64,000 nt of DNA from Candidatus Bathyarchaeota archaeon (lineage in GTDB: Archaea > Thermoproteota > Bathyarchaeia > Bathyarchaeales > Bathycorpusculaceae), in NCBI GenBank assembly GCA_963782525.1, contig CAWAKC010000001.1, forward strand, positions 416,001 through 480,000. Reading direction: 5' to 3'. Each line of letters opens with the position of its first letter. The stretch's first letter is position 1. Positions 32,553 through 43,431 of this stretch are shown here, one piece after another. A program made the translations under genes and the position numbers. The notes under the pieces are model-generated. The model searched no databases. It was not told the origin of the DNA and saw nothing but the letters and a program-made list of their open reading frames with translations.

Positions 32553-35087
32553 TTATGCTCTCTTCTTAATCATCAGCAAGGCCAGTACGATGAAACCTGC
32601 GATGACTAAGACGAATAGGCCTGCGATTGCGGGGATAAAGTAGGTGTCGGCGACAGATGCGGGGATAGCTGTTGGAGCTATGGTAGGTGCTGCTTTGTCG
32701 TCTACTGTGAATGCTGTTTCTGCGTGTGAGGACCAGTATGATTCTGAGCCGTCAAAGCTTGCGATTACTGTGTATGTGCCAGCAATGTCAGGTGTGTATC
32801 GATAGCTAAAGCAGCCGTTTGCATCGCTTGTTGTTTGTCCGATTTGGCGGTAGTTATTGTTGGAGTCTATTGCGTATAGTGTCACTGGTACACCAGTAGT
32901 ATTGGTTGGTCGAGGCTTCTGCATGTACACGTAGTCCATCCAGTCGCTCATACTTTCGTCTGAAACGGCTGGTACACCATTTGGAAAACGTCCAGCTTGC
33001 TCAGTCTGTTGAGTGCCTGCAGCGATGTCTGTTACGGTGCCTTCGATGATTACGCTGCTGCCTTGAACTGAAACTTTGGGTGAAGCGGCGACTGTAGTTT
33101 GGCTTGGGCCTTTACCGACAGCATATAACTGCAGATCGTATAAGTTCAGATATACAAAGTAGCCATCTGCAATAGCAAAGCCGTTATTAGAGCCATACCC
33201 ATCGATTGTCCATATTTCAGCTCCAGTAGTTGCGTTTATCCACCTGAATTGAACGCCTTTGAGGTGCGGTGAATTGGCAGAGTGTTCAGTGGTGTACAAG
33301 AAGACTTTTCCATCAGTAATTGCGCCTATGCCTAGTGGGAATCCTGGGTAGCCTGCGTCTAAGCCGGCTGGTGCTGTGTAGTTCCATAGTTGTTGTCCGG
33401 TGTTGAGATCGTAACAGTAGAGTACTCCTGCGTAGCCTGCTGAGTAGAGTTTGCCGTTTGCTACAGCGTATCTTGTTAGACCAAGGTCTGCATAGTAGTT
33501 GAAGTCAACTTCTGATGGAGTTTGCCATAGTTTTGTGCCGTTGTCAACGCTGAAACCAGCCCACTGTATCTCTTCTTTATCATACATTGTAAAGACGCGT
33601 GTGCTTGGATCTATAAAGAGGCTCATGAATACTGGCGCAAAGCTTAAGGTTACGTTGCCGGATGGTGCATCATAGTTTTTCATCCACAACAGGTTGCCGC
33701 GGCTTTCTGGTTTAAGACTTATTGCCCAAACTGTATAGGGACTCCAGCTGCTGCCTGGTGCAGGTAAAGTGCCGTTGCTGCCGATCAATACGTCGTTGTA
33801 GATGAACCCTTGTATGGTTCCGCCCGCCATTAGTGGGACTGATACGTTCCATGAGTATGCTGTGCTAGCGTCGACTGATTTGCCTACAGGTCTCCATTGG
33901 TTGTAGTTTGTGGTTGTGTAATCATTGGGGTCAGTTGAGGCTGTTAAGCCGTGAGCTGCGGTGTTGTTCCATAATGCGAGCCATTTGCCATTTGAGCCTA
34001 GCACGTATCTGAGTATTTCGCCGTTTGGACCGTAAGATGCGGTTCCTGTGGGAACGTTAGTTTCGTTGAATAGCCAGTTTCCGGTCATGGGGTCATATGC
34101 AATTAATGTTGTGCCTTGAGATGCCCATAAGTAGCCGTTTCGGATCATTCCGTGTTGGTTGATTGACTCGTAATCGTAGAGTTGACCAAATGTTGGAGTG
34201 ACTGATGTCCAATTTTGCCACCATAGTTGTTTGCCAGTCATTAAGTCAACACAGACATATCCTGAGCCTTTGGCTGCATCGCTTAGAGGCAGTGGATAAT
34301 AGAGTTTGCCTTGTATGATTAATGGAGCGCCAAAGATGCCTTCGTAAGCGGTTCCATCGTAGTATGTTACGTCTTGGATGCCGGTTTGGGATACATCTCC
34401 ACCTACAACACCTCCAAACGCGTACGGTTGCGTCCACATTATGTGTGCACTGTTAGGCGCTGATCCACCTAGCTGAACTTTTCCCCATATCTGGGGGGAT
34501 GCAAGCCAGTTAGATGCGATACTATACCATTGTGTGTTTTGTCCTTCTATGGGGCGTGTCCAATATTCGGTTGGAAGCGGATAGTTAGGTACTGCTGGTA
34601 TTGCATCTTGTTGAACAGTAATTGTTGTAGTTGCGGTGCTTGCAGCGTAGGTATTGTTGATACCAATGTTATAGTTGTATATGCCTGTTCCATTGCTTCC
34701 AGTTATGACTTGCGGTCCGAAACGAGACGTAAACGTGTACGTTCCAACCATATCAGGGGTGAATAAGTAGTAGCTGCCTCCGACAGGATCGGAAGTGAAC
34801 GGCCCTTGAGTTGTGATCGTGTTGTCAGGTGCTTTAATGTCAAGGAAGAAGAACCATCTGTCTCCGGCTGTGCCGGCTGCAGTAGGCGGGATCTTGTCAA
34901 CCCAAAATACTATGGTTGCAGTTTGACTTACTCCGATTGGGTCAGGTGAAGCCGTGATGTAGGCGTAAGTCGGATATGTCCAAGCAGGATAATGTGCATT
35001 AACACTCGGTAGAGCAAAAAACGGTACAGTAATAGTTAACATTAACAACATTGCAAATAACGTAGCATTTTTTTTGGATATTTTCAA
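32553..35087 (-). CDS. Secreted, C-terminally anchored PQQ-like beta-propeller protein, paralogue 1
   Basis: Signal peptide, Ig-like N-domain, YCYDLNTGQQLW-type blade motifs, Pro/Thr linker, TM helix and basic tail. Confidence 0.88.
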   Translation of the reverse strand: MKISKKNATLFAMLLMLTITVPFFALPSVNAHYPAWTYPTYAYITASPDPIGVSQTATIVFWVDKIPPTAAGTAGDRWFFFLDIKAPDNTITTQGPFTSDPVGGSYYLFTPDMVGTYTFTSRFGPQVITGSNGTGIYNYNIGINNTYAASTATTTITVQQDAIPAVPNYPLPTEYWTRPIEGQNTQWYSIASNWLASPQIWGKVQLGGSAPNSAHIMWTQPYAFGGVVGGDVSQTGIQDVTYYDGTAYEGIFGAPLIIQGKLYYPLPLSDAAKGSGYVCVDLMTGKQLWWQNWTSVTPTFGQLYDYESINQHGMIRNGYLWASQGTTLIAYDPMTGNWLFNETNVPTGTASYGPNGEILRYVLGSNGKWLALWNNTAAHGLTASTDPNDYTTTNYNQWRPVGKSVDASTAYSWNVSVPLMAGGTIQGFIYNDVLIGSNGTLPAPGSSWSPYTVWAISLKPESRGNLLWMKNYDAPSGNVTLSFAPVFMSLFIDPSTRVFTMYDKEEIQWAGFSVDNGTKLWQTPSEVDFNYYADLGLTRYAVANGKLYSAGYAGVLYCYDLNTGQQLWNYTAPAGLDAGYPGFPLGIGAITDGKVFLYTTEHSANSPHLKGVQFRWINATTGAEIWTIDGYGSNNGFAIADGYFVYLNLYDLQLYAVGKGPSQTTVAASPKVSVQGSSVIIEGTVTDIAAGTQQTEQAGRFPNGVPAVSDESMSDWMDYVYMQKPRPTNTTGVPVTLYAIDSNNNYRQIGQTTSDANGCFSYRYTPDIAGTYTVIASFDGSESYWSSHAETAFTVDDKAAPTIAPTAIPASVADTYFIPAIAGLFVLVIAGFIVLALLMIKKRA

Positions 35088-35148
35088 GTTTTTTTATTCT
35101 CCTTTAAAGTTCATGCGTCCACTAACGTGTTAGTGTTAATAAGCCTGA

Positions 35149-35163
35149 CTCACTTATCGTGAG
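35149..35163. promoter_or_regulatory. Palindromic operator CTCAC-TTATC-GTGAG, 5 nt upstream of TATA (CTTATTAA on minus)
   Basis: Same motif and same spacing at four paralogue promoters. Confidence 0.8.
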
Positions 35164-35562
35164 GAAAAAAAGCTAACTTAAGATACTGCAAACCTTCCAA
35201 ACGGTATCTCAATATAGAACAGTCAATTTGCGAATCCTTAACAGATAGTTTCACAGTTACATTGAAGGACGAGTATTTTTTTGTGCTAAGAATATCACTT
35301 GTTTTAACGTTATTATTAAATCAAAATTCCAGTTAGTCTCGAGGAATAATATCTTTTTTTATCTTTCCTACCTGCAAACACTGGTAATTCTAATTCACAG
35401 AAGTGCATAGCTCAACTTTACTGATTGGATGACTAAAACAAATTTTGATAAAAAGCGTACTTTTGCCTCAAAGGCTGAGAAGCGCGTGGGGCAGTTATAC
35501 AAGGAGAGAAAATCAAATATACACAAACTGCAGCTAATTCGCTAAATAGGAGGCATCCATAA

Positions 35563-36243
35563 ATCTCAGAACAGGTTTTCCTAGTCGCAGAAGAAACTTT
35601 TTCTTCACTCATCTGTTTCATTCTCGTATGGTTCTTAATAAAGCCATATCAGGTTACTAGAGAAAGTCGATATTTGGGGCTCCCCCTTGGATTTGGGTTT
35701 CTTGCCGCCTCCTATGCGTTTTCAGCTTTTGCACATTCGTATCCTACTTTTTCGATCAATCCTTTGGCATGGTTCCAACTCCTCTCACGTCCATTTGCTT
35801 TTGCATTTCTAGCGTTCACATATTATTTTGCCAAGAAAACTTCAACAAACACTCGACTAATCTGGGATGCAACATTAAGTTGTATGATCGTTGTTTTGAC
35901 AACCCTCTTTATTCTGTTTCTTGTCGCGCCAAAACTCGCTCTTGATAATTATCGCCTCTTAAGCATTTATGCCCGGGTTTTTGACATAGTCTGCCTGATC
36001 TACATCACTACCCATACAATCAGAAGTCACTTAGTAAGTCAAGATTCAAAAACAATATTGACGCCATTCGGATACATGCTTCTTGGAATAGGCCAATACT
36101 CATTGTTAATTTGGAATATAGGGGATATGAACAATAAATTTCCATTTTATGGAGGCTTGGCACTTCGTTGGATAGGATTGGTTCTTTTCCTCATAATTGC
36201 ATACCGAACCTTTTATGGGTCACAAAAAAGGATGTCTGAATGA
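35563..36243 (+). CDS. 7-TM membrane protein, copy 1 (probable ATC start)
   Basis: Open frame aligns with paralogue 43432..44097 for 37 codons upstream of the tracked TTG. AGGAGG lies before ATC 35563. Confidence 0.75.
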   Translation: MSEQVFLVAEETFSSLICFILVWFLIKPYQVTRESRYLGLPLGFGFLAASYAFSAFAHSYPTFSINPLAWFQLLSRPFAFAFLAFTYYFAKKTSTNTRLIWDATLSCMIVVLTTLFILFLVAPKLALDNYRLLSIYARVFDIVCLIYITTHTIRSHLVSQDSKTILTPFGYMLLGIGQYSLLIWNIGDMNNKFPFYGGLALRWIGLVLFLIIAYRTFYGSQKRMSE

Positions 36244-36521
36244 AGAAAAAAGCCAGAAGAAACAAAATGAAAATCTACGGAGACCTTTTGTCTATTATTA
36301 AGGCTGAAAAAAAGAGCGCAGACAGGATAGTTTTGACACGCATTCAGGCGAAAATGAATGTTCCCTTCGACCGTTTAAAAAACTACATTTCTGACTTAGA
36401 AGATCTCAAATTAATCGAAGACCAGCTTTCACTCAACCTCACTCAAAAAGGCAAACAATATCTAGATGAATATCAGAAAATCCTTGATTTCATGGAACGT
36501 ATGGGCATAGCCAACCGATAA
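36240..36521 (+). CDS. Small ArnR1-like winged-helix protein, copy 1
   Basis: RR.K..IY.DLL, LTRIQ..NVPFDRL..Y, LTQKG; ATGA overlap with the 7-TM gene. Confidence 0.85.
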   Translation: MKKKARRNKMKIYGDLLSIIKAEKKSADRIVLTRIQAKMNVPFDRLKNYISDLEDLKLIEDQLSLNLTQKGKQYLDEYQKILDFMERMGIANR

Positions 36522-37059
36522 AAACAATCGATAGTCTTGCATTGAAAGAATAATCACCGCATCTTTGCTATTAAAAAAGAGGGGCTGCTGAATCATTTCT
36601 CCGACTGAAGTGGATTAATTATCCCCTATGGTGCTGTGATAATCTCAGTGAAAATTGACCAAAATTGCTGGTTATTGAGGAAAATGGAAAAGGAAGATGA
36701 TTTTATAGCGCTAGAATAAGTTAGTCAATACGCGATTTTTTTTGGAGGCAGTTTCATAGTTCGATTTCAGGAAAAAGGGTTCGTTTTTTAAGATAACGCT
36801 ATTTTTTAATTCACGTTATTCTTGAATTATAATTAAAGCGGGAAATTTGACAACTTCATTTTATCCATTCTGATGGCAGATAATTTGAATTTTAAGTCAA
36901 AAAACAACTTCAGTGAAATTTTTCAAATGGATCGTGTCGCTAAATATTTATATACTTATTAAATAAAAATTAGAGCAATAGTACGCAATTAAATATACTT
37001 AAAGAATCTAAAAATAGTTTTACTTTTAAGCGATAAAGAGCTCACTTACAAATCTGCAG

Positions 37060-37338
37060 TTACTCAATAGTGTAAAGTGGTTGGGAAGGGTAGTTCTGTG
37101 TTTCAAAAGGCATTGATTTTGTTACACGAAGAATGCTAGTTGCAGGACCAGTAGTGATATATACGATTTCGACTTTAGGGAACTGCGTTTCTATTAATTC
37201 TTTAAGCTTATTAAGATCCTTTTCGTTCGCTTTAAGAATTAGTGCTCTCGGCTTGATCTTGTAAGAAGCTAAATCCAAACTAACTACTTGCGAAACGTCA
37301 CTATTTTGGGTACTTTCTTTGAGGTTTGACTCAACCAT
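37060..37338 (-). CDS. Unknown small cytoplasmic protein, copy 1
   Basis: KIKPRA.I.KA..DL..ELI.TQFP.VEI.Y.T.GP core shared with two other copies. Confidence 0.8.
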   Translation of the reverse strand: MVESNLKESTQNSDVSQVVSLDLASYKIKPRALILKANEKDLNKLKELIETQFPKVEIVYITTGPATSILRVTKSMPFETQNYPSQPLYTIE

Positions 37339-37409
37339 TTTCTTCCAGATCCTTTAATTTTTTGTTTTTTCCCATCAAAAAAAGGGATAAGGATGTTGTT
37401 TTTTGTTGT

Positions 37410-40070
37410 TTATGGCCGTTTTCTTAGGACAAGTATCGTAACAGCGAATCCAACGACGACTGCGAGGATTATGGCTATTCCGACGCCCATGATGTAGGTT
37501 TCAGTTGGTGGTAGAATAATTTCTGGGTACGGTGATGCTGTGGGCGCTGCGTTGCTGACACTCATGTAGGTTTGGGCTAAGGATGCACCGTAGGATGTTG
37601 AGCCGTGGAAGGTTGCGATGATCTTGTATGTTCCTGGAACTTGTGGTGTCCAGTCAAGACCGTAGACGCCTGTTAGGTCGCTTGTTGTGTCTCCAATGTG
37701 GATGTAGTTGCCGTTTGGATCGTATGCGTCTAAGGATACTGGTACTCCAGTTGCGTTTGTTGGCTTTGGTTGCTGTTTGAATAAGTATTCCATCCATGCT
37801 TGCATGCTGCCTTCGGACACTGCGGGTGTGCCTTTGAGTACAAAGTCTTCGCCGACGCCTTGGGCTTGAGTTAATGAGGGTACGGCGTAGTTTTCGTTCA
37901 GTTTACCTGAGGGGGTCTGGTCAGTAACAGTTCCGGTTAGGGTGACGCTGTTTCCGAGGGGTATGTCGATTTGTGGTGCTGATACTGTGGTTCCGGATTT
38001 TCCTTGTCCGTAGCAGTATAGGCAGTTGTCGTAGCTGTCTAAGCTTAGAACACGTCCGTCTGCGATGTATACGCCGGTACCTGCTGCCATGCCTGCTGAC
38101 CAATGGAGGATCTTCCATACTTCTGTTCCATCAGTTGCATTGATGCATCGTAGGTCTGATCCTCGCCAGAGTGGCTGGGTAGGTGAGTGTTCGCTGCTGG
38201 TACAATAGAGTTTGCCATCGGCGATTGCTGCGATACCGACTGGATAGTTTCCGTATGGTGATTCAAAGCCTTGGTCTTGTGCTGTGTACTGCCAAATGAT
38301 CTGTCCTGTGGTTATGTTATAGGCTGTGACTTGGCCACCGTAGCCGTAGCTGAAGAACATATGGTTATAGATGGCAGTGTCGTCTGCTGAACTTAAGCCG
38401 TAGAATTGCATTTGCGTTTCAGGTTGGCTTTCCCAGAGTTGTTGACCGGTTTTCAGGTCAAAGCCCCAGTACTGTCGGGTCATGTCTTGTCTGTAGATGA
38501 AGACGCCATCTTCAACGCTCATCGATTCGTACATCATGCCTGGTCTGGAACCGGCATATACCAAAGTGCTTGCTGCTTCTGGAGGAGTATAAGTTTCGTT
38601 CCATAGCAATGAGCCGATGGTTCCTTTGGTGGGGTCTAAGTTGAGTGCCCAGAAGTTGCCTTGCACTATTGTTGTTCCGTTGTTGCTGCCTGTTGTTCCG
38701 CCGACTACGTCTATGCCTTCTCGTACCCATCTGATGGTTCCTTGTACAGGAAGTGATCTTCCGCCTTGGCCGTCAAGGGTTACGTTCAGTGAGAAAGCTT
38801 GTCGTCCGTCATGTACTGCGTATTGTTGTGGTCGCCATTGCCAATAGTTGGTTCCGGTTGTGCCCAAGAGTTCAGAGGGGATAGCTGATGAGTTCCAGCA
38901 AGTTAGATACATTTTGCCGCCTGAGACCGAGTTGTTGTAGTATAGTATGCTTCCGTCGTGGCCGTAGACTTGCATTCCGCCAGTTGAAACGTTAGCGATT
39001 TTTGTGATTGTGTCAAAGGTGTAGCCGTCGAGACATTCCCAAGTTGACATTCCTGATCCAGTTGTAGAGCCCGTTGGGAGTGTTACGCCTGAAGTTCGCC
39101 AAAGGTAACTAAAACCGCCGTGCTGGTTAGGTGACTCATAATTGTATATTGATGCGAATGAGGGCATGACAGTGTTGTTGTATTGAGCCATTGTTTTTCC
39201 AGAGTACAGGTCGATGACCCACCAACCGTTGTTTCCATGTGCAGTGTTTCGGTCAGAAACAATGATTTTTCCGTTGAGGATAATCATGTTGCTGATGGAA
39301 AGTCCGCCGTAGTGCATTGTTTCATAGCCTATGTTGCCGTAGGCCTCATCCATGAGGCCGCCTGCGAAGTAGGGTCGTGACCACAAAATGTGTGGACTTT
39401 CTGGTCCAGGACCCATATTGTACTTTGTGTTTGGGGCGAGGTTGATTTGTGCGCCAGCTAGCCAGTTGGCTGAAAGTGTGTACCAGTCCCTGTTTGCACT
39501 GTAGATTGGTCGTGTCCAATAGTCATTTGGAAGCGGGGTTTCTGTCCATGCAGCGATTGGGTCTCGTTGTGCTTTAAGATTAACTGGGTCGCTAGTAGCT
39601 GGTCCGTAGGTATCATTGACATTATCATTTGCTATTGGAACTCCGTTCGCTGAAGGAAGCCCTGTCAATGTATATGCAGGCATGCGTGCTACAATGGTGT
39701 AGTTGCCCTCCTCAGTTGGAGTGAACATTGTATATGAACCGCCTACTGGATCGGAAGTCAATGGTCCTAAGGTTTGGTTGACACCGCTAGGTGAGGTAAT
39801 GTCTAAGTAGAAAATCCATCTGTCGCCATAACGGCTATCGGTGGATGCTGTGGGCATGACTGTGCCGCACCAGAAGGTGATTAGTGTTTCTTGTCCAACG
39901 CCTATGACATCTGGTGCAGCGGCTGCATAAACCCATACTTTATAGTTCACTGATGGATTGTGTGCTGCCGCATTTGGTAGAGCCGCAATTGGAATAATCA
40001 TAGCTAACATTAGAAACAACGCAATTATAGAGTAGGTTTTCTTTTTTGTCAGGTTGTTAGATAGTTTCAT
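37410..40070 (-). CDS. PQQ-like beta-propeller surface protein, paralogue 2
   Basis: Same architecture as paralogue 1. Start reassigned to ATG 40070 (SD AGGA; the TATA box lies immediately upstream of the tracked start). Confidence 0.88.
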   Translation of the reverse strand: MKLSNNLTKKKTYSIIALFLMLAMIIPIAALPNAAAHNPSVNYKVWVYAAAAPDVIGVGQETLITFWCGTVMPTASTDSRYGDRWIFYLDITSPSGVNQTLGPLTSDPVGGSYTMFTPTEEGNYTIVARMPAYTLTGLPSANGVPIANDNVNDTYGPATSDPVNLKAQRDPIAAWTETPLPNDYWTRPIYSANRDWYTLSANWLAGAQINLAPNTKYNMGPGPESPHILWSRPYFAGGLMDEAYGNIGYETMHYGGLSISNMIILNGKIIVSDRNTAHGNNGWWVIDLYSGKTMAQYNNTVMPSFASIYNYESPNQHGGFSYLWRTSGVTLPTGSTTGSGMSTWECLDGYTFDTITKIANVSTGGMQVYGHDGSILYYNNSVSGGKMYLTCWNSSAIPSELLGTTGTNYWQWRPQQYAVHDGRQAFSLNVTLDGQGGRSLPVQGTIRWVREGIDVVGGTTGSNNGTTIVQGNFWALNLDPTKGTIGSLLWNETYTPPEAASTLVYAGSRPGMMYESMSVEDGVFIYRQDMTRQYWGFDLKTGQQLWESQPETQMQFYGLSSADDTAIYNHMFFSYGYGGQVTAYNITTGQIIWQYTAQDQGFESPYGNYPVGIAAIADGKLYCTSSEHSPTQPLWRGSDLRCINATDGTEVWKILHWSAGMAAGTGVYIADGRVLSLDSYDNCLYCYGQGKSGTTVSAPQIDIPLGNSVTLTGTVTDQTPSGKLNENYAVPSLTQAQGVGEDFVLKGTPAVSEGSMQAWMEYLFKQQPKPTNATGVPVSLDAYDPNGNYIHIGDTTSDLTGVYGLDWTPQVPGTYKIIATFHGSTSYGASLAQTYMSVSNAAPTASPYPEIILPPTETYIMGVGIAIILAVVVGFAVTILVLRKRP

Positions 40071-40132
40071 TTTTCTTTTTTCCTTTTTAGTTTGTGAACT
40101 ATCATTGCTCATGTTACATCTAATAAGCTGAA

Positions 40133-40147
40133 CTCACCGATCGTGAG
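40133..40147. promoter_or_regulatory. Operator CTCAC-CGATC-GTGAG, 5 nt upstream of TATA (CTTATTAG)
   Basis: Conserved motif and spacing. Confidence 0.8.
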
Positions 40148-40488
40148 TGCAAAAAAGTGCAAATTATTTCGAATTTTGTATTTGACTGATTTAATATAAT
40201 TAAATAAATAAGACAAAAAAAGAAGCAACTATTTTAGGAATTACGCGAGTAAAGTCCATGGCCTTATTCAAATAAGAACGAAAAGGATATTCTGAATGTG
40301 ATGAGTAGCTTAAGGGTTTGCTGGAGCTTTATTTAGGAACAGGAAAGAAAATGAAAGTACAAACCTACAAATCTAAATTGAACAATTTCCTGATATTTTC
40401 AACCCAATTTTCTACCTTTATTCTAAAATAATACGATTTTTTAACTAAAAATAAAAAAAGGGATGTAATTTTTTAGTTTACTTTAGCA

Positions 40489-43251
40489 TTATGGCCTTTT
40501 CCTCAGCAATAGCAGACCGACTATGGCTATTGAAATGATTATAGCAATCACTCCAACTGCCAAGTACATGATTATGTCTGTTGTTGTTGCAAGGTTTGTT
40601 TGGGGTGTAGTTGTTGGTGCATTTGTTGGTGCTGCTTCTACAACGCTCAGGTAGGTTTGCGCTAATGAACTGCTGTAGGCTTTGGAGCCATGGAATGTGG
40701 CGATTATCTGGTATGTTCCTGATATTTCGGGTTTCCAGTTGCATCCGTATGCGCCGGTTAAATCGCTTGTGACGCTGCCGATTTGAATATAGTTGCCGTT
40801 TGGATCAATAGCAGTTAATTCTACTGGGACACCGGTAGCGTTTGTTGGCTTTGCTTGGTTCTCGTATAGGTATTCCATCCATGGACCCATGCTTTCGTCG
40901 GATATCGCAGGTGTACCTTCAAGCGTGAAGTCATAGAGATTATTCATGTTGCGTCTGCCTGATTTTGTTTGATCAGTTACTGTACCGGTGATGGTTACGC
41001 TAGAGCCTAGTGTTGGATCAGCCTGCGGCGCGTTAACTGTTGTAGCACTTGTGCCTGGACCTATGCAGTATATTTGGTTGTCAAAGTAGTTTAGACCTAC
41101 AACTTTGCCATCGCCAAATTGCATGTATTGACCTGTGAGATGTGCACCGTTGTCAGCGCCCATGCCTAAAAGTGACCAGATTTCTGTTCCATCAGCTGCA
41201 CTGATGCAGCGTATGTTTGGTCCTCTGTACAAGGGTTGAGTAATTGAGTGCTCGCCTGTAAGAGTGTAGATTTTGTCATCGCAAATGGCAAAGATGTTAA
41301 TCGGGTAGTTGCCATAGGGTGATTCGCCGCCTTCGTTTGTAGCTGTGAAGTTCCATGCCTGTTGACCAGTGGATATATTGTAGGCAATGCATACTCCGCC
41401 ATATCCTGTTGTTAGAAGCAAGCCTTTGTAGTAGTTGATTTGAGTGCTGTAGTAGTTTTGGTCAGGTTCTCTTGCACTTTCCCAGAGCAATGCGCCTGTC
41501 TTCATGTCATAACCCCAGTATTTCAGTTGCTTTGTAGAGTGGAATAGTATTATGCCGTCTTCGGGATAAACGCCGCTTAAGGATAGGGTTGTGTCGTTTT
41601 GTGCAACTGATGCGTATGGCGCTGAAAATGGTGTAGTCCACAATTGTGTGCCTTCTTTGCCTCTTTCCAAGCTATAGCACCATAGTTGACCTTGTACATT
41701 TCCGAGTTCGTTGTTTTGTCCTTGTGTACCGACGATTACAAAGCCGCCTACACCGTTTGTGTCACCTACACGAACAGTTCTAATTGTACCGTTTTGGTTA
41801 AGGGGGCTTGGTCCCATTGGCGTGGCTATTGAGGCGTTCACTGAGAATCCGGTTGAACCATCCCAAACGTATGCATTGCTTAGTGCTGGTCCTCCTCCGA
41901 ATCCTCCGCCTTCAGGTCTCCATTGCCAGTAAGTTGTACCAGTGTTGGGTCCTGTTGCGGTTTCGCCGAGAACGTTAGTGTTGTTCCAGCATGTTAAGTA
42001 ATATTTTGGATTTGCGTTTGTTCCTTTGTTAACAAGGTTGTACCAGAGTAAGTCACCATTGTTGCCGACGACGTTTGTACCTGATGCGGATGCGTTAGCT
42101 ATGTAACATATGTGACGAAGCGGCAGTGAGTATCCATCAAGCATTTCTAAGACTGAGCCGTTAGCAGTACCAAGACTTGGACCAGCTCTCCACAAGAGTG
42201 GGTATATTCCGTGTTGGTTAGGTGACTCATATTTGTAGAGTTGACCATAAGATGGCATAGTATCGTTGAAGTATCCTAGTAACTCACCTGTGTTTAAGTC
42301 AACAACGTTAAAGCCAATTGATCTATAGGCGTCCGCGCGATCTGCATAGTAAACTCTGCCATTTAGAATTATCGAGTTGAAGTCCATTCCTTGATAGTGT
42401 CCAGTTATATAGCCGTAATCTCCGAATCGAGCTTCAACGTCGCCGCCGGCATATAGGCTTCTTGTCCATAGAATGTGGGATGTTTCTGTCCCAAGACCAT
42501 AAACAAAACGGGTCGTGGTACCGCCGGATTGTCCTGTAGGTTGATTCCAAGCGCCATTAAGCCAGTTTCCTCCAAGTTGGAAGCCCCAATTTCTTGCAGC
42601 GTTGTTTATTGGGCGTGTCCAGTAATCTTGCGGAACAGGGGATTCATTCCATGCCGGTATTGGATCTTGCTGTACAGTAAAAGTTACATCTTCGCTATTT
42701 CCTGCGGTGTACAATTGGCTTGTCGGAGTTGGGTAACCATATTGTTTTGGGGTCGACACGTAAGTTCCGTTAGCTGCCTGTATTAGAGTGCTGTTTTTCC
42801 ATTGTTCAGGGAAAATAGCTTTGACAGTGTATTGACCAACTTCTGTGGGTGAATATATCATGTATCCACCGCCAATTGAGTCTTGTTGACCCACTGCGAC
42901 CGGAACATTAGTAGTCACTCCACTTGGCGTTGTGATGTTAAATGATACACCACTCCACACGGCTCTATTGAAGGCACCTGCAGTTATGAGTTCAGTTTCT
43001 CCAGTGTCTGGCGGAATGTCAGCAGTCCAGTAAGCAAAGACTTCGTCCTGTCCAACGCCAATCAAATTACTAGATACACTGCAATATACGTAAGAGGTAT
43101 GAGTAATTACATTAGTAGGGTAAGCTTGAGCAGCATCAACAGTTGGCGCAAATGCGAGTGCACCAGCCATAGATGCTATTAGCAAAAGAATGATTACCGT
43201 AGCTGATATTTTGTTTTTTGAGAGTTTTGCTGTTTTATTTATAGAAGTCAT
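40489..43251 (-). CDS. PQQ-like beta-propeller surface protein, paralogue 3
   Basis: YWTRPI, YESPNQHG, GEHS, LRKRP tail. Start reassigned to ATG 43251. Confidence 0.88.
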   Translation of the reverse strand: MTSINKTAKLSKNKISATVIILLLIASMAGALAFAPTVDAAQAYPTNVITHTSYVYCSVSSNLIGVGQDEVFAYWTADIPPDTGETELITAGAFNRAVWSGVSFNITTPSGVTTNVPVAVGQQDSIGGGYMIYSPTEVGQYTVKAIFPEQWKNSTLIQAANGTYVSTPKQYGYPTPTSQLYTAGNSEDVTFTVQQDPIPAWNESPVPQDYWTRPINNAARNWGFQLGGNWLNGAWNQPTGQSGGTTTRFVYGLGTETSHILWTRSLYAGGDVEARFGDYGYITGHYQGMDFNSIILNGRVYYADRADAYRSIGFNVVDLNTGELLGYFNDTMPSYGQLYKYESPNQHGIYPLLWRAGPSLGTANGSVLEMLDGYSLPLRHICYIANASASGTNVVGNNGDLLWYNLVNKGTNANPKYYLTCWNNTNVLGETATGPNTGTTYWQWRPEGGGFGGGPALSNAYVWDGSTGFSVNASIATPMGPSPLNQNGTIRTVRVGDTNGVGGFVIVGTQGQNNELGNVQGQLWCYSLERGKEGTQLWTTPFSAPYASVAQNDTTLSLSGVYPEDGIILFHSTKQLKYWGYDMKTGALLWESAREPDQNYYSTQINYYKGLLLTTGYGGVCIAYNISTGQQAWNFTATNEGGESPYGNYPINIFAICDDKIYTLTGEHSITQPLYRGPNIRCISAADGTEIWSLLGMGADNGAHLTGQYMQFGDGKVVGLNYFDNQIYCIGPGTSATTVNAPQADPTLGSSVTITGTVTDQTKSGRRNMNNLYDFTLEGTPAISDESMGPWMEYLYENQAKPTNATGVPVELTAIDPNGNYIQIGSVTSDLTGAYGCNWKPEISGTYQIIATFHGSKAYSSSLAQTYLSVVEAAPTNAPTTTPQTNLATTTDIIMYLAVGVIAIIISIAIVGLLLLRKRP

Positions 43252-43316
43252 TTTGTTTTTTTCTCTTCCTTTTAATTTGTAATAACAAACCCAGGAGTTA
43301 GAGCTAATAAACCACA

Positions 43317-43331
43317 CTCACCTATCGTGAG
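43317..43331. promoter_or_regulatory. Operator CTCAC-CTATC-GTGAG, 5 nt upstream of TATA (TTTATTAG)
   Basis: Conserved motif and spacing; lies in the divergent promoter shared with the 7-TM/wHTH pair. Confidence 0.8.
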
Positions 43332-43431
43332 TACCAAAAAATGAAAACGTTTCTCTTTGAATTGAAAGATTACAATTTAGTCATTTCTCAAGAGAAAACA
43401 AAATAAACACAAGTTGAAGTAGATTAGAATT

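Noticed and set aside
40071-43317. Tracked upstream starts at 40112 and 43317
   Set aside because: These extensions abut or include the TATA/operator region; downstream ATGs have SD sequences and give normal signal peptides.
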